Assembly: GCA_028023455.1 (NCBI GenBank)
Contig: JAQFVV010000003.1
Location: forward strand, 11,594,001-11,658,000
DNA from: Epiperipatus broadwayi
Lineage: Eukaryota > Animalia > Onychophora
Direction: 5' to 3'
Length of the DNA stretch: 64,000 bases
Shown piece by piece: positions 55,800-64,000 of the stretch (the first letter of the stretch is position 1; each line of letters opens with the position of its first letter). A program made the translations under genes and the position numbers. The notes below the pieces were generated by a model. It was not told where the DNA came from. It did not search any database and saw only the letters and a program-made list of their open reading frames with translations.

Positions 55800-57100
55800 C
55801 ATGGCGCTGGAAACTTTTATTTACAAAATATTTTGATTTTGTTTAAAATTTTATTTTTGGCTTACAAAAACAAAATAAAGATAATATGAACAATTTCTTT
55901 AGCTTCAATGACTGAATACCTATCCTAGATTCTTTTAAATGGGTTGTTTTAATAAACAAATTACTAAATAAAGAGTACCTATAATAGCAAGCAAAGGCTA
56001 TTTAATACCAAATTCTAATCTCTTTTTAAACAATCAGAGATTTCAAATCTTTTAAAACTTAAATTAAAAATAAACTGAGTCTAATAATTAACAATTCTAT
56101 TTCTTTATTATAATTATTAGCATATTAACAATATGGTAGTGTTATCTAACAATCAGAATAACACATAAGAAGCTTAAAATTATAATCCTGAGCTTAACAA
56201 ACGCTAAGTTGGAATAAGCATATTTAGCATATATTTAAAATATTATCACCAGTTATACTGACAGCACTAATATTATAGCTAGTGATATGATTAAGCAAAT
56301 CTTTTAGCTAACCTTAAATTAATTTAGATATATGGGTCACTCATTCATCAGAGGTCATTTATACACTTTTAAAATAAATTTTGTCCACATAAAATACTAC
56401 CCTGAGTGTGTGTTAAAATTAAAGACCTAAAAACTTACAAATCCAGCGGTGAAAATCTGGATGACATATTAAAATTAGTATGTGTGAATTGCCTCTTATA
56501 CCATATGCATAATTTAACATACTTAAAATAAACATAGATTATTGTTGGTTGGCTTGTGCATGATAAAACTATCATAGCAACATAATTCAAACATTGATAT
56601 ACCTATGAGCCTTAAAATAGCTACCACTATCTGAAGAAACAAAGTTCCTCAAACAAGCATAACTAGTCATCACAAATCTAAAACAAATGCAACATCACCT
56701 ACTGTGGTGGAATTTAGCATTAATTCATCATGAATGATAGGCAAAAATATAAGAACACATAGGCTCCTCAGAGCTGGAAAAGAATGTGGTGGCTTTCAAA
56801 TATGCCTAACTTTGAGGCAGAAAACATGATGCCTGGACATTGTCTACAGTACATCAAGAACAGGAAAGATACACCAGGAAAGCATGATCCTCTCTCATGG
56901 GATTCCAATGCTAATAAATGTGATAATCATCACTAGAAAAATACAACTATAAGACATACAATAACCCACTATGGGCACAAGCACTATCAATTCATGGAAA
57001 TACAATACAATAAGGATGGAGGACCTTGTCTACTCCATAAAGCATACTCAAAATTATTAACTAAGCCTAACTCTATGAGGCTAACAAATACTAACTAATG
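55800..57100 (+). mobile_element. Possible very old LINE 3' part
   Basis: A-rich pseudo-coding sequence with WKRMWW..MMPGHCLQY..H near 56780-56900. Weak. Confidence 0.25.
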
Positions 57101-60100
57101 ACAAGATATATACTTCACATGAATTAACTAAGTTATCACTAAGAAATTTAAAATACAAAAGCGTATATTCAATGTAAGAACAAACAAAGCAAAACTGTGT
57201 CAAAATGACTACTATAAGAAATACTTTAAAATTAAATGCATATAAAATTCTAGGCAAGGCACAATGCACACATAATAAAATATTCAATACTAAATATAGT
57301 GACTAGTGTGGACTTTTAAAAGATTGCAAGTTAAATGTGAGAATATTAATTCTCAATGCATATATAAAAAAAAATATTTGCAGTTATTATTAATATAGCA
57401 TTCATAAAACAAATGAATGGAAACTCTCTGATAAACTTCTTTGACTGGTTTAAAATAAAACTGAGTGACACATCCCCCAGATAGTAAGATAAGACTGTGA
57501 TATTTAAATCTCTATGAATGAAATTATCAAATAAACTTAATTTGTAATGCTTAATAAATATAAATAATAGCATATAATCTATCTGTGAATAGCAGAATAT
57601 CAATCTACTTATTCTATAACCCATTAAAAATTAAAATTGTTACATTAGTTTACCTGTTATACTTATGCCAATAATGTTACACATATTTTAAAACAAATTA
57701 TATAGCATAAATATTTTTCTGGTTTCTTTTTTTCTTTTAAAAAAAAAAAACCAATAAAATACATACAATAATAATAAAAAAAATAATACAGTAACTCAAG
57801 TTCATGGTTTCAGCTCCATACTGGCTTTCCATTCTAGATAAGTAGATAATTTGTTGAGAATAACTTTATTTGATGGTATTCGAAGCTCTAATCAAAATGT
57901 TCATAAGCATGGCAATGAATGTTAATAAAAATGAAACATGTTTTAAATAGTTCTTCCAAGACATATTAATTCCTTCCTTTAAAGATATACTAAATATTAA
58001 AACATTAAAATAATAATATAAACCGGCATTAAAAAAAAAAACAAATTCTTCAGCTGATAATATTTTATAGCATCCTAGGTTTATATTCATAATAATATAT
58101 TCATAGTAATATTGCTTTCTGATTTTTAATTCCGTTTTTCTTTTAAAAGAATGCATTTCTTCTTTTTTTATAAATAAATAACTTTTAAATTATTTCTCAT
58201 ATAGCATTTTGAAATTTTTATTTCCAAATAACTTTCACTTCCCATTGCTTAGCATAAGACAGGACTTTTTTTTTTTTAAAAGTTCATATTTTCATCTGTT
58301 TTTCAATTAGCTAAAATAAACCACTTTCATTACAGGTCAAGGTATAAACAACAAACTTTTAAGATACACTATTATTTGAAAATTCATTCTTAATTAATGA
58401 CATTCTATAATATTTTGTCCAACCGTTTTTGGAATAAGACAACTAATATCTTGTATTCAATATCTTGCAGTTGAACACTAGGCAAATTCAATAAAATTAT
58501 ACTAATGCTGTGCAGATACAATGTATTCTTCCCGAGTTTAGCGCAGTACATTTCTTTCTTCTAAATTTATTTTAAAAACAAGCATTATTTAAAACATGAA
58601 AATATTTTAAAGTCAATATAAAGTTTCAGGAATAAAAGTCAGACTTAATGACAGCTTTAAATAAATTTTTATACAAGGAGATTGACGCATTTTTAAACAA
58701 TAATATAGTTCACTATAATGTCTTTCAGTTCCCCTGGCTTATGTTTTATTTAATTAAATAATAATGAGTATCCTCCAGCTAATAAAATAATTCAGTACAA
58801 CAAAGTAATGTAGCCATGTAAATATTAATAATTTCAATTTTAATTTAGGTTTCCAATAGATAAAAGACATGCGGTATGTATATAAGATAAGAGATATATA
58901 ACTTCTTATAAACATTTTGTTACTACGGTTTCAAAATTTTGACTGAAAGTTGATATCAGAATGTAGTGTATATCACTGTTGAACACCAGTTCTCATTTCA
59001 AATGCTTCAATTTTTTATGAGACATAATAATGCTTTCTTTCAGATCATTATGTACTAGGTATAATATAAATAAATTTCTGTGAATAACTAGCTATTTTCA
59101 AATATTGCTGCAAAACATTTTCTATTAATGGAATAAAATGCCCTGACCAAATCAATAAAAACAATAAATAAACCATACTTTTTACAAAATTTAAAAATAG
59201 TTTGTGCAATGATACCTATGTACATTCATTAGTATTTATGATTCAATATTATATTCAAAGGTTCAGATAAATCAAAATATTTATCTGAAGACAGTGTAAT
59301 TTTAGAAAATTTTGAATTAATATCAATGTAGTTTTGTTGCCATACAAATGAATAATAAATTAGATTTCATAGCAAATTCAACACCATGTTCTTCATTTTT
59401 GATATTGGCAGTTATTTAAATAATACATCAAATATGCATGACTGACTTTCTAAACTCATATTTATTTATACCCATATCGCTATGATAGTGGCATCTTTCT
59501 TCATTTGACATGTCACTATGTAAACAATAAGTAAAAGCAATTAATAAATTATAATAAAATCAAAATATTCATAAAGTTCGGACACACCAAAACTTTTATT
59601 AATGGTTGAATAATGTTATAGCATCAATATCAACACAAACAAATTTTGTGTTTGAATATCTCAATACACATACTGGTAAAACTGAAAATTATGAACTAAA
59701 ATTATTTAAATTTCAAGAATGTCAGATATATAAGTCTATTCTTGAATAGATAATGACTTGAAAAATTTATTATCCTAACCCAAGCTCATAGGTCTAGCAT
59801 TAAATCAAAAACATTTTGAAGATAATATTGTCATTTAATTTCAAACAGATCTTATAAAATAAAAAATAAAGTAAAAATAGTTACTATAAATTTATCATGA
59901 TTCTATCAATATTTTTATTTTTGTTTACTAGAGTAAAAAAAAAGTTATTTGGTCTGTTTTGGATGAGACTCTGCTATGTTCTGTTAAACATTTCTCTTTA
60001 TGCTGTAAGTTGATAGTTTCTGGATTGACTATTTTTTATCAAAATTTTTGATTATGTACAGTCATAATATAAGTAGCTATAAAATATACAAATAAAACCT

Positions 60101-62067
60101 TTTTATAACTGGCATTAAAATGAATGTTTCTACTCTTGTTTCTCAAACAACTGCAGTTGGCATCTGTAAAAGAAAAAAGAAAGGCCTTCAAATATTAGTT
60201 ACAACAAGTTAATAAACATATATTGCACATTTGTATCAGATATATAATAAGTTGCTGAAAAAATTGAGAAATTTTTTATGCCTCTAATGATGCCAATTGA
60301 AGTTGCTGGTGAAATATTATAATTTGAAAATATATCACAATCACACATTTGTAAAATACTATTTATAAGCAATTCTGTCTGAAAATCAAGAATCATTAAA
60401 GAAAAATTCATAAAATAGTAAAAAAATTGTTCAGTAATTAGATAACTCTCTTAAAAATTTACAATAAACTCAACAAACTAAAAAACGCTAATACATCTTT
60501 TGCTAGTATAACTGAACCCTATTACTTTTCACTTATAGTTATGTATGTTCTTTGTTAAACAGAATAAAAAGGATATTTTTACAACATTTACATAAATAAT
60601 GGGAAAGTGTATAAATGTGCAATTTAATAATATAATTGCAATCTCAAGCAAGAGTAATTAATGACTGATAATAGAGTATGATTTTAAACTTGCATGTGTG
60701 ACATGCTACTGACAGTCCTATTTGGAATGTTGAACTAAACATGGAATCTTATCTCTTTATGTCAAAACCATTTCAGTTTTAATAGGATATTAATATGGTA
60801 AAAGTCAGGAAAAATAAGAATAGATAGACTTAATTGTGATAAAAAAAAGTAATGAAGAATCAAATATATGATTAAACTTTTTATGAACAACATGTTGTTT
60901 CAGAAATAAATAAAACAATTTCTAATTCAAGAAGTTTATAAACTGGTACAAAAAGAATATAGGCTTCCAAACATACTATATGAAAAAAAAGATTATTTTT
61001 ATTTATTTATTTTTTACATAGTATATAAAAAATGCCTTTACTTTTTAATTTTCTTTAAAAAATATAAGTGTAATTAAAATCAATTATCCTATAATAAATA
61101 ATATTCTTATTATATACTTATTTTAATTTTAATGACTTGTGTGTTTTAATTATCAAATATCTTTTCTTTCCCTACTATCCATTCAATCCCCCTGAATAAT
61201 GTTGATCATTTACTTTGAATTTTGTCTTCTATAATTACTGATATATTTAGTGTATACAATTCAAATGAAATGTATTTTTTTTAGGTTCCAAGCAAGCTTA
61301 GGATTTTTTTATTTCAGTCAATTTACCTAGCCATAATTTTTTAGCTTGTTGTCTAGCATCAGACAATTCTGATAAATATTTTCTTCCCTTCATGGTTTTT
61401 CTATAGATAGACGCTAAAGAGATTTTTGCTTAATAAAAAAGTTTAATTATATTATTTAAAAGATTGCTTTACTTTTTATACCATATAATTTTACATGCAA
61501 ACACATAATCTAATTGATAGATAAATTGATGAAAGAACTCTCTTCCTCTCAAATTACAAAGTCATTCAAGAAGTAGTTTTTTTAAAATAAAAAAAACCAT
61601 CATTGTAGTATTTCAATCTTTACATCATTTTAAATAAATCTTTCAAATAAGACAGATATATTAAAATATATATTAATTGCATTAAGAAAATATTATTTAC
61701 TTAGAAAAAATAAATAATTATAAGAAAGGAGGGAAAGCCATTTAACTTTCATTCATATTTTCAACATGTGACAAATAATACATTTTGCATTTTATTATTT
61801 TCTTTAATAAAAAACTTTATGGTAAACATGACAGTTGAAAACCAACAACTTACTGCAATCTGTTCTTTAAATTATTATGACGGAAACATAAGTTTTTAAA
61901 AGTAACATCAAATGAAATATGCTTTATAAAAAAAAAAACAGCAGTATGTCAAATAATTGACATTAACTTATTCCATGTGCACACTAAAGCTATTACACAT
62001 ATGCACACACACACCTAGAGGTTGGACAAAATAACTGAAACATATATTTATACTATCTTTTTCAAGC

Positions 62068-62140
62068 ACGGGCGGGGGGGCCCCAAATAAAAAATTAGGG
62101 GGGGTGTTATGGGGGGGGGTTGGGGGGGGGGGGGGGGGGA
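62068..62140 (+). repeat. Clustered G-runs (G-quadruplex-prone)
   Basis: At least four G-tracts of 7 nt or more within about 70 bp. Confidence 0.8.
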
Positions 62141-63317
62141 TATCCTGTTTCCCATAGTAATGGCCTCATGGGAGTATAAATATATGGGGGATATATCACT
62201 ATATGACTTTTTTCTTTTACAAACATAACTGCTAAAATATAACCATGAATACTGATAAGAAAGTTGATTCCAATTATATAAACGTGTGAGAAGAAATGTA
62301 TGATCTGAGTTTAAAAGAGATCAAATTGTTGATATATGATAAGTTTAAATATTATCAAAACTGGTTGTTTTTTTTAAGATTGTTAGTCTCAGGACTGACG
62401 TCTGCATTAACAAAATATGGAAGAATAAAATCTGGAAAAAAAATAAGAACTATGATCAGAAAATTAATGTTTACTGAGAAGAGTTAAAAAGATATTTGGA
62501 AAAAAAGTATAAAACCACAATATAATAATCCATGCTGAAGTGAACATATGTCAGAATATCAGTGTTTATTATAATAAATACCAATGACACCCCCCCTCAA
62601 AAAAAATATAATGACGAAACTTTAGTGATCAGATAAATCATTAATTATAGTTTTCCCTAGAAAGAATTTATGTATAACTTACCAAGGCAAAACTCTCCAT
62701 ACAGTAGTAATCACCAAAATAAGGTTATTGTCAGAATACTTTCCTTTTATTGGAAAACCTGACTTTTAGAACTATCATGATTAAGTAACCAAAAAATAAT
62801 ATTTTCTTGGTTCAATTACTACTCTATTGGAAGTGTCAAACAAACTTGTATTTTTGACTATCTTTGGGAATCCAAACAATTTCAAACAACACAATCAATT
62901 TCCATCATGTTATTGCTGCCATTTATATAAATAATCATTGCTTTGACAAACATAATAATGATGTTACATATCTTCCATGAACTTATCTGATTCATATGAT
63001 TTAAATATTATTAGGCCTCTAAAGGAATAGACTTCAGAGATTGAATATTTCAATTGTCTTTGGCCAAAATATATAAAACTGATATAAAGAGATAAGAAAA
63101 TTAATAACTTTTACTGATAACTCTTAAAAGTCTCAAGGATTTCTCCATAAGCATGCTTTATATTGATTTAGATATTATCAAAATGCTATATAATTTCATT
63201 CAATGGTTAAAAAAACAAGAAAGAATAGTAGATAATTAGGTAGGTAGGTATAAAAGTAGATAGGTAAATAAGTTAAGAGATAGTACCAGTAGCAGGTAAA
63301 TAGATGAATAAATAAGT

Positions 63318-63735
63318 AACAACAGTTATACACAAGCATAAGAGGTGGTGGTCATGTGATGTTTATTGGCTTAAAACCAATCCTGCCTGAGAGGATAGAG
63401 AACCAAAGACACCATAATGTATGGCTACTGAACTAGTTCAGACCCATATGACTATATAAGCTAATGGACTTGGATTGAAAACATTAAGGTGTTCTCGGTT
63501 TAAGACTCATAGTTTAGTAGTTAAATGGAGATAAAAGATGGTTGCTGGAGGGTTGCATTAGATCCTAAGATCTAGGTGCGGTGCTCTCAGATCCAAGGCT
63601 CCTCACTGATGAAGGCCATAAGTCAGAAACTGGTCTGGGGATATTGGGTGAGTATGCACTAGATGGGGATTTTATGCACAAGCCTTTTGGCATCCATTGA
63701 TTACTCTAGCTTGCTGTGTGTGGCAATTTTATATA
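63318..63735 (+). mobile_element. HHR family B, dispersed near-full monomer
   Basis: Aligns with 29520-30475 and is flanked by TAGA/TAGG-like repeats. Confidence 0.9.
63601..63640 (+). ncRNA. Type-I hammerhead ribozyme, family B (best-preserved copy)
   Basis: cctca CTGATGA a GGC cataa GTC a GAAAC TG GTC tgggg; stem I is cctca/tgggg. Confidence 0.8.
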
Positions 63736-64000
63736 GAATATCCAGATTATAGAGACAAATACATGATAAATATATACAAAAATAGATAGACAAGCAACTA
63801 GACAGCTAAATAGGCAAATAGATGAACAAATAGACAGTAGATGAGAACTCACAGTAATTAATTGCTTTTGTACTATTAAGTTTTGATTTCACTTAAGCCT
63901 ACACATAATAATTTTGTGAGACTCAGATATCATTAATTATCAGACAAGACAAAGTATTTTGATAACAACTATAGATAGTCCAAAAAATAATTATAATAAT

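Noticed and set aside
19905-56350. Other CTGATGA/CTGAAGA words (19911, 22205, 27357, 33716, 38364, 43253, 50423, 56343)
   Set aside because: No stem II followed by GAAA, so not hammerheads.

Overview
AT-rich, strongly CpG-depleted eukaryotic DNA, most likely intergenic or intronic sequence from an invertebrate animal. The species cannot be assigned from this window, and there is a 500-N gap at 32846-33345. No complete host gene is recognisable, and most short ORFs in the track look spurious. The window is dominated by retroelements: a fairly young Penelope-like element (PLE; RT + GIY-YIG; about 15.4-18.0 kb), an older PLE, decayed LINEs (Vingi/Ingi-like, RTE, L1/Tx1-like), a gag-only LTR element and a probable hAT remnant. 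The most striking signal is a set of small hammerhead-ribozyme (HHR) elements. At least five different type-I HHR families occur, nearly all in fold-back or partial-tandem arrays and mostly next to microsatellites. The young PLE carries an inverted 3' end made of a tRNA-like Pol III promoter (A and B boxes), a minimal HHR and a tandem tail. Two non-coding families with about 454-bp and about 479-bp monomers resemble newt satellite-2 and Schistosoma Sm-alpha retrozymes. A CpG-retaining island at 31.9-32.85 kb is a candidate host promoter. All calls were made by eye, without alignment, folding or database searches.
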